This document shows, piece by piece, positions 1 to 13,174 of a stretch of 64,000 nucleotides of DNA. The notes under the pieces are model-generated. The model was not told where the DNA came from, searched no databases, and saw only the letters and a list, made by a program, of their open reading frames with translations. Location of the stretch: contig BFEA01000032.1 in assembly GCA_003427395.1 (NCBI GenBank), forward strand, positions 4,907,489-4,971,488. The letters run 5' to 3'. Each line of letters starts with the position of its first letter. Within the stretch, counting starts at the first letter, position 1. The DNA comes from Chara braunii. Its lineage: Eukaryota > Plantae > Charophyceae. Both the position numbers and the translations under genes were made by a program.

Positions 1-464
1 GGGGTCGACAACCCTGAGTCTAATGTCCATCTCTGCTCCACGAAGGGTCCTTGCTAATCCGTAGGGGCCCTTCTGAAACGAGATTGGACGAATAGATTGG
101 AGCATTTGTTAAAAAAAAAAAAAAAAAAGGACTTGCACTCACATGCACACACATGTGTTCACAGTGTTGGGGGATGGGGTAGCCCTAACTTTTTTCCCTC
201 TTGCAGTTTCATTTTCGGAAGGGAGGGGCGTTTTTCGCCACCCCACCCTGTTAACAGGGGTCGGTTTTTTTTTTTTTCTTCTTGTTTTTAGTGTTTGGGC
301 ACATAGGGCCATGTGTCCGAGGCCCAACGCGTCGGTTCCGTTTTTCAAAATTCAACAGGACTCCCCCATTTTTGCGTTAAACGCGATGCAACGGGGGTCC
401 CCGAACCCGATAAATGGGTATAACGCCGTTCAATTTTTCCCGTTCTCCGTTCATCGGACACACA

Positions 465-943
465 GCATATTCCCATAGGACAGCTTGTCCACTGCCACAT
501 GCCTTCGAACAAGACAAAGGTCGTCTTGGGCCTGTCTTCCGGTCGTACAGCGACATGGTGAAAACAGTGTCGGATATCAAACTTCGTGAAAACTCGTGCA
601 AAGTCGATGGCATCCAGAAGGTCGTCAATACAGGTAGCGGATAAACATCCTTGGTGGTTATTGCATTTAATTTTTGATAGTAAATGCAAACGCGGACCGT
701 CCCGTTTCCTTTCGGCACGAGGACCACAGGGAACGACCAGGGACCCAGAGAGGGTACCACCCACCCTAGACACTCGAATTCCCGTACCCTTTCCAAGGTT
801 AGTTGCCGTTCTTTTAAGGAGTATCGGTACGGTTGACAATGTATGGCGGCGTGGTCCCCGGTATCAATCACGTGCCTTATCAGGTGCGACAGCCCTATAT
901 CATGGTCTTGAATACTGACCGCCTCAGGGTAAGTCTGTATCAC
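465..943 (-). pseudogene. pol: Ty3/gypsy reverse transcriptase N-terminal half (frameshift near 630, truncated)
   Basis: HVIDTGDHAAIHCQPYRYS...PSLGPWSFPVVLVPKGNGTVRVCIYYQKLNAITTKDVYPLP, then in another frame IDDLLDAIDFARVFTKFDIRHCFHHVAVRPEDRPKTTF...CPMG. Confidence 0.92.
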
Positions 944-1599
944 CGCAAGGAGGCGTCGATATTCGTTGGGTACATGAGCAGGAATCTGAATATCGATGCT
1001 CCCGCTAGGAAGGGCGACCGTTGATGTGACGGTTGGGACCCGAGCAATTTCCTCTGGGAAGCTCCGAACAAGGAGTTGTCGGTTTTTACCGAGTGTACAA
1101 TGGCTATGAGTTAACTATCTACCGGAGTGACCGGTTCATTCTCCGTTTCAATTTCTCCATCGATTTCAGCTTCGATCGAGGGTTCCACGGAAAAGGACCG
1201 CAGGAGTTCCCTTGGGCCCCATGCGTTTTCAAGGGTCGCAGACTGAAACGCTACCCTTTCGTCCAAACGCACGGCGGCCTTGGGGTCTATGAGTAGGGGT
1301 CGTGGGGGCCTAAAAGATAGGTCGCATAGCCCCCTTAGCTCAACAAATCTCTCCGGGAGGGGATCCGTTTTGAGATACAAGGATGCAAGGGGTTCCGGGA
1401 GGTTCATTATTCGTGAAACCCTTAGCAACAATTCCCCTATCACCGTAGAGGAGAACAACTAACCTCAGGTAGACTCACTCTTACTAACCCCTGTCGACAT
1501 GTGTCGCCAAAATTAGTGAAACCGGTCCTGCATTCGTATTGGATATCCGTCCGGTTCCTCTGCATCCTCATTTTCTGTCGCGGGTCTTTCTTCGCCCAT

Positions 1600-2070
1600 T
1601 GACACCCATCAAACCATATTGACTTTGCGAACCTCGGTGGAAATGCGGGGGGTGGGCTGTGTGCGTACTCGTACGGCCATCCTCATGGGTATCGTTTGAG
1701 GCTTAGGGTAGGCCGAGGTAAGTATTATCTTAGAACTGTCAAAATACATCCGCGCGCCTACCGCCGCCTGCCACGGGATCACCTGCACATCCAACACAAT
1801 CGCATCGCACAAACAATGCACCCGCCCAACTCTTATAGGAACATCCACAATCCGTCCTTTACAGTGAATACTATCTTCGATGGCGGATACATACAGCTCG
1901 TCAGGTCGAAGGGGTTGAACCTGTTTCCCCTAACCCAAACGTTTCGTCAAGCTCCAGGAGATAGCTATGGCTGACGATCTCGAATCCATGATGGCAGTCG
2001 AGGGACTTCCCCAAACCTCACAATCGCACTCGACACTTTTCCAGGTAATCGGGTAAGCCCAAAGAAATAC
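1600..2070 (-). pseudogene. Retrotransposon aspartic protease (degenerate)
   Basis: VECDCEVWGSPSTAIMDSRSSAIAIS is a D-S-G active site mutated to DSR. It continues after a frameshift as DVPIRVGRVHCLCDAIVLDV. Confidence 0.7.
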
Positions 2071-2559
2071 TCCGGGTTTCTCCAGTGGTGGATCCACGGC
2101 GTGGATCATCCCGACTCGGTTGGCCTCGTGCGTTTTCGAGGTGGATGGTTGAGCTTCAATATCCCTCGACAAGTCGTGGATCGCCAACTTTTTACCCCTT
2201 CGGCCTTCTTCGAACCAACGACGGTTTTTCTGGCATAGTTCGATTAGTTTCTCATTGGCGGCTTCCGAAATGGTCAGCAGGTAGGGAACAGGTATGGGTA
2301 TCCGCAGATCCAAAGCCTTCAGGGCATCTAGTACGCCGATTTGGCCATCCTTGTACTCGGGACCCGGTATCTTGGGATCTTCGAACCCGGGTCTCCACGG
2401 TCTTAAGTCACTTTCCTCGGCAACTCGCGGGGTATGGCGGATTATGCCGATGGTCCCAGGTTCAAGCATCGAGGCCGCCAGGTATTCATTGATTCCAATT
2501 TCGGCGGCCGTCGGGACCACCATGTCTGGGGTCTCCGCATCCATGACCGCTGCCACCCT

Positions 2560-3431
2560 CCCCTAGCCTGCAGCGGTTGGAGCTGGCAGTGGGATTTGGG
2601 ATGGGCCAGCGATTCCCGCCTAAGCCCAAGGTCGCGGACAGTCTTTGGCCAAGTGGCCAGGTTGATTACAATTATAGTTGGGCATAGGCTGAGTAGCTCC
2701 GACCACAGCTGGCCGAAGCAACGCCGCTCCAACGGCCGCGACAAATGGTTGTTTCTGGGCCACGACCGCCCTTTGCCTCTGCCAGCTCTGAACGAGCTCG
2801 GTTAAAGGCACCACAACCGTCACAAGTTGTTGCTATCTCTTTCATTGAGGGCTCATCTACTTCCCCTCCTCCATGCGTCTGTATAGGGCGTCGGAAGGCC
2901 GAGGAAGAAGATGGGGCCCATCGGTCCGGGTTTTTCTTGGCTGGTCAAGGTATGCTCTATTGGGTTGCATGTCTTACGGATCTTTTTCTGCAGCCGGGAA
3001 TCAGACAATCCCCGAACGAAATCGGTTCGCACCATTTTCTCATCCACCCCCGAGCGTTCGGCCAAGTAGGTGAAGCGCTCTGCGTACCTTGCCAGAGTCT
3101 TCCGGGGCTGTTGGGTGTATTCCTTGATTAGGCGTAAACATTGCCCAGGCGCGATGTGATCAAAGCGCTCGAGAAACTTTCGCTGGAAGGTGGGCCAGTT
3201 GGTATAGACGTTTTGTCCATACCATTCGAACGCGGTCCCTGCTAACCTTCTCAAAATCCGTTCTCGAAGCAACTGGTCCGTCCAGACCTGGGCCTTCAGG
3301 GCCGCAAGCCAGGTGCTTGGATCCATTTCATTTTTCGAGAAGATGGGAACTTCCGAGGGAGGAGGGACAAAGTACAAGGGATGGTCAGCCATCCCCACAT
3401 GATTATCCACTCCCTGTCCTGGTTCCACCAT
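2560..3431 (-). pseudogene. gag: Retrotransposon gag with CCHC zinc knuckle (frameshifted)
   Basis: ORF 2853-3431 (RLAGTAFEWY...WPTFQRKFLERF...LARYAERF...FVRGL) is a retrotrans_gag-like segment. ORF 2620-2823 contains NYNCNQPGHLAKDCP. Confidence 0.85.
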
Positions 3432-3644
3432 GACGTGGGGTTGGTTTCGCCCCTCTGCCCCTTTGGCTTGTTATGATTGACGTTCGTGGTCCGGCGGCAC
3501 CGGGGCGCCAGCCTATCCGTAATTAAAACAAGGCAAAAAGAAGAGAGAGGGAAAAATGAAAATTAAGTCTACGAAATGAATAGCAGATCCTAACCAAAAA
3601 TGGACAGCCGTCCCAGAAGGCGACCTCGGAGCCGAACTAAATCA

Positions 3645-3656
3645 GCTTTGATACCA
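3645..3656 (-). promoter_or_regulatory. Primer-binding site for initiator tRNA-Met
   Basis: Minus strand reads TGGTATCAAAGC (consensus TGGTATCAGAGC, 1 mismatch). It sits next to an LTR-end-like TCACGCCC. Confidence 0.8.
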
Positions 3657-4712
3657 ACCTCACGCCCCGGCGCAGTTTTCCGTACTTCAAATGCCGATCA
3701 AAGTGGAAAGGGGCATGGTCGAGGATTTTTGGCCGTGGGCGTTGAGTCATCCAGACAAAACGGGGGACTAGTTTCGACCCAAGGTGCCTGGACGAGGATT
3801 TGAGTTGTCGCCGAAGGCAGATGATGGGAGGACGGCGTCCTACGGCCCGACCGTCGTCCTTTTCCGAAAAGAAAGAAAACATAAACGAGAGGAGAGGAGA
3901 AGCGAAACGAAGGCGACGGGGGCGGAGTTCCATTCCCCGAGGCGCAGGGTTCCCGCGGCCTTGGGGGTGGAGGCCCCGAAAACAGGTTCAGGCTTCATTG
4001 TCAGACTCGCCGAGTCCGTGCCGACGACGCAGCACAGGCTCGCCCGGGGTCAGACAGGTTGACGGGACCCAGGTTCGGAAATGGCCGGGGAGTGCACCCC
4101 TGTTACGGGAGAGTTCGGGGAATCGAGCAGCCCCTTCGTACCCCAGGACCAACCGTCGCCACGAGCACGAGTCTCCTTGGCGACACCAGTGACAATTAAA
4201 CCGCAGTTGCCAGGCCCAGATGTCTTGCACAGCTGACCAGGGCAGCACCGTGAGGTCGGTGTACGGCAAAATTAAAGGTGGGGAACCAAATCGCTCTATC
4301 AGCACAAACCCACTCCCACCTATGTGGCACGCCTGGGTCAGGTTGTAAAGGTGGATTCGCTCAGCGCGCCACAGCAGGCTCCGCACGTCCGCATCGCAGT
4401 ATATGTCATCGTCGTCTGCGATCGGGAAGAGCAGAAGCGCCCCACGACGCTCTGAGGGAAGGTCTGAGCTCGGGCCACGGCCCACATTTCCGTCTGTCGA
4501 GACAGACCCTGACTCCATGCAAAGATCAATGAATACCGCAGGGGAAGGATGCTCCCAGCTCTCTTTCTCCATCTCTTCTCTGTGTCATCAACCTGAATGC
4601 AGTGATGGGCACCCGTGGTGGATATAGAGAGGTCGGCCGCTTTGCGAGGACGCAGGTGACCAATCTCCTCGAAGGTATCCGCTTCCTCTTGGGGTCCCGA
4701 CCGTCGCCCGAG

Positions 4713-4716
<4 letters not shown>

Positions 4717-4774
<58 letters not shown>
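4717..4774. repeat. (AG)n microsatellite
   Basis: Pure AG run. Confidence 0.95.
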
Positions 4775-4777
<3 letters not shown>

Positions 4778-6438
4778 GTAAGCACATATCACACACCCAC
4801 TCGCGCGATTAATCAAAAAGGAAGGGAGACGGGAAGGACCAATGCATTCATGCCCATATGCAAGCACACTCAATACTCCCGCTCATCAGGCACAGAGGCG
4901 CATACACGCACGCATACCCATAGAGCCCTCTCTGAAACATTCAACATCCATAGATTGTCATACCCGACATGCATAACAAATTACCCAACCTTTGGAGTCA
5001 TGCACACATAACACGGGGACAAAGCTGCAACGGAGAAAAAGCTTCGTCTTCAAAATACAAAATTCTCTCAACTGGCCGCTCCGGGCCCAGTCCCCAATCC
5101 ATCAAAACCACCGACAACCATAGCCACAAGNCCCTGCCGCTGTCGGCGTCTGATCTCCGCCACCGCTCAGTCCCTCCGGCTGCCTTTACCCCAAATCTAC
5201 CGCTAACTCCGCCACCCGCCGTCACACCGCCCACCACGGGGCACGTCGAGCCTTTTCGGCACCACGGGCTCGCGCATAGCTTGCACAGCTTGCAGTCAAG
5301 ATCAAAGAGGGTGAGAGGAAGGGATTGCGAGATTTTATAGCAAGGAAGGCGGCGGAGAGGCAAAGCACGGGGTGTAGATGGTCAGGATAGAAGAAGGGCA
5401 GACGTTCCATAAGGGTCGAAAGAGGCGAATCGAATGTTCTGCGAGATTGGGGCGGTTGTCCATGTGGGGTGCGCTTCCCGCAGCCCCCACATTGCCCGAC
5501 CATCCCAATCAGACAACCAATCGTTCGCAGGGAAAGGAAGGGATCGGACTTCGCTTAGAGGGAAGAGGAAGAGACATGCAGGAGAGAGATGCCCAACAAG
5601 AAAAGAAGATGGTGCGGGGATGCAGGGCGGGGGAACAGGTTTACGCGGCGCAACAAAAATTCAAAAACTGCCACGTGCCCAAAAATTCAAAATTCCTACT
5701 CCCGCTAAGTCCCAGCCGTTTCTTGAATTTCTTGGCGCGGCCGCTAACCGGCCACGAAAGACCCGAATTACATTTTCTACTCCGCCCTTCTTAAACAAAA
5801 GAAACAGGAAAGAAAAACGAAAATGAAGCACCGTTTTCCCTCACTATCTTGAATCTGTACTTTGGGGTTCTATGTGCGATTCTCCCTTAGGGGCACCAGA
5901 AATCGCCAGCACGGATCCTCGTTTATCACAATGTTCTGGCTTTGTAGGTGCTGTTTTTTTCACTGTTGACACTCAACCCATTGGCCCAACACCCTGTGCA
6001 GCAATCATCGCCGCATAGAGCGCTAATGGACACATGGCAAAAGACGAACACAAGGAACGAGCGACCAGGCTGAGGATCTCCACGTCGGACTCTCAGCTCT
6101 GTAACGAGCAACGCTGAGATCTGGTCCAAAAACGGGATCCCACATGTGTACCTTCACCCTTTCGCTCTAAGAGACAATCAGTAGCCCACGCAAAAGTACA
6201 GCAACACTTTTTGGACTGAATGGATGTTTAAAAACAGCACGCACCTGTTCCCTTCCCGTGCGCCATTGACCTGTTCTCGCTAAAACCAGAACCAAGCGGG
6301 GGACTTCAGTTCCATCCAAGTCCCCACACTCAATTTCCCAAAAATCCTTGGCACACACCATTTTACTGTCTTTCAGGGCCTTTTCCGAACAACACACAAC
6401 TCCGACCGGAGGACAGGATAGGGCGTGAGGTTGAGCGT

Positions 6439-6565
6439 CACAGTGCTAACAGGCATTCTAACAAAGATCACTACAAATTGTCACATCTCAAAGGAGGTGG
6501 TAGATTCACAGTGCTAACAGGCATTCTAACAAACATGACTACAAATTGTCACATCTCAAAGGAGA
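6439..6565 (+). repeat. Two-copy ~68-bp direct repeat
   Basis: CACAGTGCTAACAGGCATTCTAACAAA..ACTACAAATTGTCACATCTCAAAGGAG occurs twice. Confidence 0.9.
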
Positions 6566-6843
6566 GAGAGCAGGTTAACCGAGCACCTATTTTTCAGGCC
6601 CATTTATAAGAAAACCAGACAGTCATTTTAACAACACTTCACACCAATCTATAGAGTGCACTTCTTACGCCCCCATCAGAGGTGGTAGATTTGACTTACT
6701 TTATAAAGAAGACGGTGAGAATAAGAGAAAAGATAGCAGATGTCGTGTAAATACAAGGGGCTGTGTCCAAGAAATGGAAATGAGAGAAGATATGTTATGT
6801 ACCTAAGCCGTGGCATCCATGCAGACACCTTGCAAGCATGTAC

Positions 6844-7275
6844 GCCTGCATGCATGCACAAGAAAAGGAGTCATGGTGGTATTTACAGGCCAAATGACAG
6901 CACTCACTTTGTTGCAAATGGGCAGTGCACATCATAGAGATTAATTAAGTACTGGAAGCTCTCGGTTAAACAAGATGTCAATCATATTGAGACATCCTCA
7001 GGTTGCTCTAGTGTTGAACCAGCCCAGCACACCCTACCTGATCATTGACAACCAATGTGGGTGTGCCTGCATGCATGCATAGGTGCATGCACAAGAAAAG
7101 CAGAGTCATTTAAAGGCCAAACGATCAGCAATCAGTTTTCTGCAAATTGGAAGAACACATCATACCCGCTTTAATTAAACTCCTGGAAGCACAGTCAGAC
7201 AAGATGTCAATCATATGGAGACAACCTCAGGTTGCTTTAGTGTTGGATCAGCCCAGCATACCCTACCTGATCATT
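6844..7275 (+). repeat. Two-copy ~225-bp direct repeat
   Basis: GCCTGCATGCATGCA...CAAGATGTCAATCATA...CAGCCCAGCA.ACCCTACCTGATCATT occurs twice. Confidence 0.85.
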
Positions 7276-8345
7276 CACATCAATCCGGTCTTCCCTCACA
7301 TCCCCAACCATGAAGACAGAGAGTTGCGGTGCCACTTGACAGGATCACTCAAGCAATCAGGAGATACCTATGAATGAATCTTGCTATGCCCTGTGTGCCC
7401 CACTGAGAGTGTAGATTAGCATCACAAAACGACCTAAGCAGTCAACGATATAAGCACGGATATCCAAGTATACCCTCCTTTCTCAGTCTCCTTTCCATTC
7501 CATATGGTTTGCACACCTAATGATTGCCAAATTGATCGTGGCGTGCTCCAAAGATGCAGGCTGCCAATAAGGTGTGTAGCCACGGCTTTGTTCCCAGCCA
7601 TCTGACAACAACTGGTCTCAGAGTCTAATTTGGTACCGGCTTTGGAGCAGCCAAAAGGTCATCAAGGACAGAACGCCCGGTCATTATTGCTATATCTGGA
7701 CTGAAGGTTACCCCAAACACAGCTATACTGTCATGGCTCTATTCTCGTGAAGCGGGTAGATCACCAAGGTCTGAGGATGCATTGCACACTTTTCGTGGCA
7801 TGAGATTTTCTGTGCACTTCCCTTGCGCACCAGTTCGGGAACGCATAGCTATTGCTTCACCTGCTCTTTGTTTTCCTATTTGTATCTTTACCCAAACTCT
7901 TGCAGTTCTGGAGTGACTCTCTATATAACAGCTTCAATAGCAGCAAACCCAAAAACAGCCCGAAGGATGTCAGAAAAATATGCGGCCAGGTTAAACAAGA
8001 TAGTATACAGGTAGATACGAGGGGCACTCTCCGGAAGGCACCACAAACGAACGTGGGAGATAGTTGGGCAGATAGGAAAAGAGTGTGCACCGGCAACTAT
8101 CTTTAGTTCCGTCCGTTTCCTATCCTCAGCAGCGACTGAAGATAGTCCAAATCGTTTCCTCTCCTCACCTCCCCCATGTTCTTTAATCCTTTGCTCTCCT
8201 CACATACTGCCAACGTCTTCTTCGATCCTTTCCTTTCCCTCTCGGCTGCCAACGTGTCGTTTAATCGTTTCCTCTCCACGATTGAAGGAGAAAAAAGGAG
8301 GACGAGCAAAGAACACCAGGAGGAAGATGATGAGAACAGACACAG

Positions 8346-8364
8346 AACCCTAAACCCTAAACCC
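8346..8364. repeat. Telo-box / interstitial (TTTAGGG)n
   Basis: AACCCTAAACCCTAAACCC. Confidence 0.6.
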
Positions 8365-10148
8365 AACACCAACATCAGCAGCAGAAGAAGAAGAAAAAGG
8401 AGAAGAACCTACACCGATTTTAGCAAAATGGGAGTACAGAAAGCAGCGCCAGGAAAAAAGGCCACAGCGTTCGACGCGGAGATGAAGGAAACAGAAAAGG
8501 AACGCTGTCCTTTTGGACAATTCCGTGTAAACCAGAGCGAAGCTCATGCACCACGGCGAACAAAAAGAAAAAGGCGAAGAAAGAAGTAGAAGAAAATCAA
8601 GCTGAGTGCTGTCACCCCTTCCAAAAGGTGAAAAGAGTCCTCCCGTGCATCCGTTAAAACTGGAACAATATAGACAAGCCTATGGTATCATGCTCCCTGC
8701 GCAAGGATGACAAGCACAGGTCGAGAAAAACAGGTGCACGTGAAGTAGCTAACGCGTTACGACCATATACTGGGTGCCAATGCGATCACGGAAAGAGGGG
8801 AAGCAATAATATGAGAACAGTAAAAGAGGGAAGGGGGAGGAAAGAGAGCAGCGAAGTGGGGAGAGAGAGGGAGGGAGGGAACAAAGAAGCAAAACGAGAC
8901 CTCCAGAGGCAGGAGAAAGATAGAGAGGGAGGGAGGGAGACTACGGACCGGTGGAGCAAAATGAAACCTGCGGTGACAGAAGCAATTGAGCAACGAAGGG
9001 GCAGGAGGAACCGGATCACAGCTACGTGCTGCGACGGTCAGATCAATCAAGGAAGGAACACTCAGACTGCGATCAAGTCGGGGAGTGATAACATACAAAC
9101 AAAGGTATGGAGAGGGAAGAAGATAGCGATATGAGGATGACATTGTAAAGCAGTCATGGCACAGGCAAGAATAGTACAAAATGATTCCGTCCGATCTCCA
9201 CTCTCTGCTTGCAGAGGATGAGATCACCGACGAGATAAAGAAATTGGGTAACGAAATGACGAGTACAATCAGATGGAGAACGGCAATTTGCGCAACAGCT
9301 ACGAATGTTCGAGCGGAGAGAGGGTTGCGAAAGGAAATTCCCCTATCGATGGAGCCAAACAGGTCACGGGAAATGGGTGGACATTAGGTTATCTCGAATA
9401 CATTGTGAGAAAAGAACGGAGAATCAAGTAGGGGGGAAGAGAGCTGAATAGCTTAGACAGAACGAGTTACAGCCGGAGAGTAGGTGACAAAGCAACCTGG
9501 ATCTGGACTGCAAGGCGATACCTGAACGGCTGGAGAGAACGGGGCAAAGTACTGTTGCGAACATGGAGATACAGACTTTACTCAATAATAGCCTGTTCTG
9601 TTTGGTGTCACGCAGATGGTCCTCCACGACATCCACGACATGGAGCTGGGTGACCGGTAGCCCTTGAGGAGATGGTGTGGGCTACTAGTAAAAACGCGAA
9701 ATGAGAGGGCATCAAAAGGAGAAGCATTGAGGAAGACAGGGAAAAAGCGCACGAGCGAGCGAGCGAGCGAGCAAGCGAAACAGACACAGATAGTCAATTG
9801 GTCGTAGGCGGAACAGTAGCAGTACGAGGAACAGGAGAACCGTGCAGAAACATTCGCGTGAAGGACATGCAGCACTCAGATACGCCCTGCGACCACTGAG
9901 TGCCATTATGCGAAGGTCTACCTTCCTCGCCGAACTGCCACAGCGTCACAATTCCCGCCCAAGCGATCCACCGACATCGGGGTCACTCTTCCCGCCTCAG
10001 CGACACCAAGACAATCATGTAGCTCGAGAACTACACTCGCAAATCAATTCGCCCGCCGCCACTCTCTCTTCCTTCCTATCTCTCTCTCTCCACCACTGCC
10101 ACTCTCTCTCTCTCTACACCACTGCCACTCTCTCTCTCTCTACACCAC

Positions 10149-10152
<4 letters not shown>

Positions 10153-10213
<61 letters not shown>
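10153..10213. repeat. (CT)n microsatellite preceded by short CACCACTGCCACTCTC repeats
   Basis: Read directly from the sequence. Confidence 0.9.
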
Positions 10214-10216
<3 letters not shown>

Positions 10217-10877
10217 TCCCCTGGCGTTGTTAGCATGCGTGCAAGTATGCATGACTACTCCAAGAAGTCCCTTCCTTGCACTTCACCCCGCTCTATGACC
10301 CACGCCGTCTTCGCGGTTCATCAGGTAGTTCTCCTCGTTGCCTTCCTCGGCTTCAACACACCCCTTTCCTCCCATTGACACGCAGCTTCCTCTCTCGAGC
10401 CCGTGCGGAGCGCACTTCACATTCAGGAAGAAAGCACTGGCCGAGGAGCCCGCAAGTACACAATGCCCATTATCTGTAAATCTCGAGTCGCCCATCAGCT
10501 TTCGCCTCATCTGTGCCTTCTGCTCATCAAATTACGGAGAATGTAGTCAGCCAAATGACACGTGATCAATGTGATCCGCATCATCGCGATTATTATTGTC
10601 ATCTAACAAATCGACGTCGCCCAAGAGCTGCAGCTTCAAAGAAACATTACACGGCACAAAGGACCACTCGCCCAAATGAATGCCGTTCACTGATTCTGGA
10701 TTTCCTGCGACCAGTCAGCTCAACTACGGTACCTCAAGTGCGTGAAAAGCAACNAAAGCAGACANACATTACACAGACAGAGGTACTCAAGCAATTATCA
10801 AATCGGAAACGAAATTCAGAATTTCCTCTATAATGGCATACATGCAGAGAGGAGACATCTGTCTAGAGGAAAAGGGT

Positions 10878-10893
10878 GGTGTTAAGAAACACC
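10878..10893 (-). promoter_or_regulatory. Histone 3'-UTR stem-loop (SLBP-type element)
   Basis: mRNA sense reads aucau-GGUGUU-UCUU-AACACC-acccu: a 6-bp stem, a 4-nt U-rich loop and an ACCC 3' flank, about 60 nt after the stop codon. Confidence 0.85.
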
Positions 10894-10952
10894 ATGATTA
10901 ACTTTAGGCGCCGGCCCTCCATACCAGTGAAGGGACCATTCGCGCCCGACGC

Positions 10953-11339
10953 TCAAGCCTCAGCCTCGCCCTTCTTCCCAGTCGCCGACTTCTTCGGCAA
11001 CAACACAGAGTGTATGTTGGGCAAAACTCCTCCGGCGGCGATTGTGACACGACCCAGAAGCTTGGACAACTCCTCGTCATTCCGGATGGCCAGCTGAATG
11101 TGCCTCGGAATGATACGCGTCTTCTTGTTATCCCTGGAAGCGTTNCCAGCCAGCTCGAGCACCTCAGCCGCCAGATACTCCATCACGGCCGCCAGATACA
11201 CAGGCGCCCCGGCTCCAACACGCGTAGCATATTTGCCCGCCTTCAAGTACCGAGCAATCCTTCCTACAGGGAACTGAAGTCCCGCCTTCGCGGATCGGGA
11301 AACTCCCTTCTTGCGTGCAGTCTTGCCGCGGCCAGACAT
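10953..11339 (-). CDS. H2A: Histone H2A, canonical green-lineage type, intronless, 128 aa
   Basis: MSGRGK...[20 protein letters not shown]...[23 protein letters not shown]...[21 protein letters not shown]...[15 protein letters not shown]. The ATG at 11339 is in a gccATG context. One N falls in a Gly codon. Confidence 0.97.
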   Translation of the reverse strand: MSGRGKTARKKGVSRSAKAGLQFPVGRIARYLKAGKYATRVGAGAPVYLAAVMEYLAAEVLELAXNASRDNKKTRIIPRHIQLAIRNDEELSKLLGRVTIAAGGVLPNIHSVLLPKKSATGKKGEAEA

Positions 11340-11499
11340 GGCGAACACTGGATCGAAGGAGAGAGAAGACACGAGAGAGTGAGTCAAGACTCAGAAGGTA
11401 GAACGGATACCACTTTTACGATGAAAACTCGCAAATTTGCTGAGCTCCCGCGTCGTGTTGCGAAATGGAAACTACTGCTACCCNTTTACACAAACTCTA

Positions 11500-11725
11500 G
11501 TACTTATATGGCCTCAAGAGCAGGGACATGTTAACGACCAATGAAAAGAAAGCTCTTGGATCGGTCCGGGCATTCGGCATCCGTCCTTGCGAGGAGGTCG
11601 CCTGCGCGCCCAGATCGTAAGCAAATACCCGGCAGCCGGCATTGCCAAAACCGCAGTCCGGTTTTCGATTTTTTTTGGCTTTGCCGCGCTGCCGTTTTGA
11701 CAAAAGTTTTCGTCCAGGCCAATCC
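11500..11725 (-). promoter_or_regulatory. Putative H2A promoter (TATA-like box, CCAAT boxes)
   Basis: Minus-strand CATATAAG near 11503-11510, and CCAAT on the plus strand near 11538 and 11719. Confidence 0.4.
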
Positions 11726-13174
11726 GTCGGCTATTGCGCCGCGCGGCAAAATCGAAAAGCTGGACAGCAACAGCCATTTATGGACCAACAGGCCAAAACT
11801 GGTAGGACCTGTCCTAAACAACCGGGGACAGAGATATTGAACCGCTACCGGTTAGCGTCTAGTCCAATTGATTATTAGCCGTCAAGATGCATCATTTGAC
11901 GGCCGACAATTAGACATTCTTAACACAGATGCTAATGGCCCTTTACCACATCTAGGTGCAGATAACGCCCTTGGCAACTGAACCTGGCAGTCCATTCTGC
12001 CTGGGCTGATGTTATCCTTTTCTCTCCACAAGCTTCGCTTTTTAGGTAACCTTCTCACGGTAAAGGAGACGTCGCGGGTTGGAGGGCGGTGGGTGTCTTG
12101 ATAGGGAGGGAGTGCGGAGTAGGGGTGTTGAGTCACAGTGGCAGGGCAGAGTTGTGGGGTGGTCCCCCTTGGCGGGTGGTAGAGGAACTGTTCTTTTATT
12201 TTTGAGAAAATTGCATCTGTACCCCACTTAAAGATGAAAATACCCTCTATACCCAGTCCCAGTGCCAATTTGCACCTATACCTGGAAAACGGCCGGTGGA
12301 AATTATTTGCATGCCCGCGACTGAGGTGGACCCAGGTTGGTACCGCAAACTTACAGTTATAACCAACTACCGGAATGCACAAATTATGGACATACCCAAG
12401 CAAAATTATGGGCATACCCGGGACTGACGTGGACCGGCCAAATTATTCAGATACCATACTACCGGATGCCTGAAATTATGCTTATATCCCCAGCAGCCGC
12501 TGGGCCACAAGGGTCCACGAGGTGGGCATTAGCATAATTTTGTGGTTGCCATCCAAGGCCCGCTTTTGGCTGTTGGTACACCCGCAAGTTTGCCAGCCCG
12601 TTTCAAAGCATGGGCATAGTTTCGTTGCCTGGAACTCAGGGCCTGCAGGACTGGGTATGCCTACAATTTTGCACGGGGGAAAAGTGGGGTACAACGCACA
12701 AGTTGGGCGCTGGGACTGGGTATAGCGGGTATTCCCATCTTTCAGTGGGGTACAGATGGAATTTTCTCTTTTTTTTCTTTTGGAAAGATAGCAATTGGCC
12801 ACGGGGTCCATTACCCAACTTAGGCTAAGGACTAGAGACAGGGGGGCAAGTCTCACTAACAAGTTGAGCCAGTCCAACGCTCAATTTTCAACCAAGGTGC
12901 AACTTACCGCGACATTGGAGATGGCATTCAGATACGTCCATCCAGTGGTGGAATAACTCCACGATTTTACAAAATCCTTTTGTTCTTTTCTTGTGTCGAA
13001 GAAATGGGGTAAAATTCACGATTGCTCAAATGCAATGTCCCCTACACTGCCCGCTTTCGGTTGAGCTATCTACCCCATACGGATTGGGTTAAATAGTTCA
13101 ACGGCTGATTGGTATGGTGGCACAAATTCAAGACTGAAGGTCACAGTTACCACCAGGATTGTCTGACACCTGCT

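Larger units (their letters stand above)
460..3660 (-). mobile_element. Decayed Ty3/gypsy LTR retrotransposon internal region (PBS-gag-PR-RT), cut off inside RT
   Basis: Minus-strand order is PBS (3645-3656), gag-like ORF, CCHC knuckle, aspartic protease, then RT. It has frameshifts, and RT stops abruptly near 465. Confidence 0.9.
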
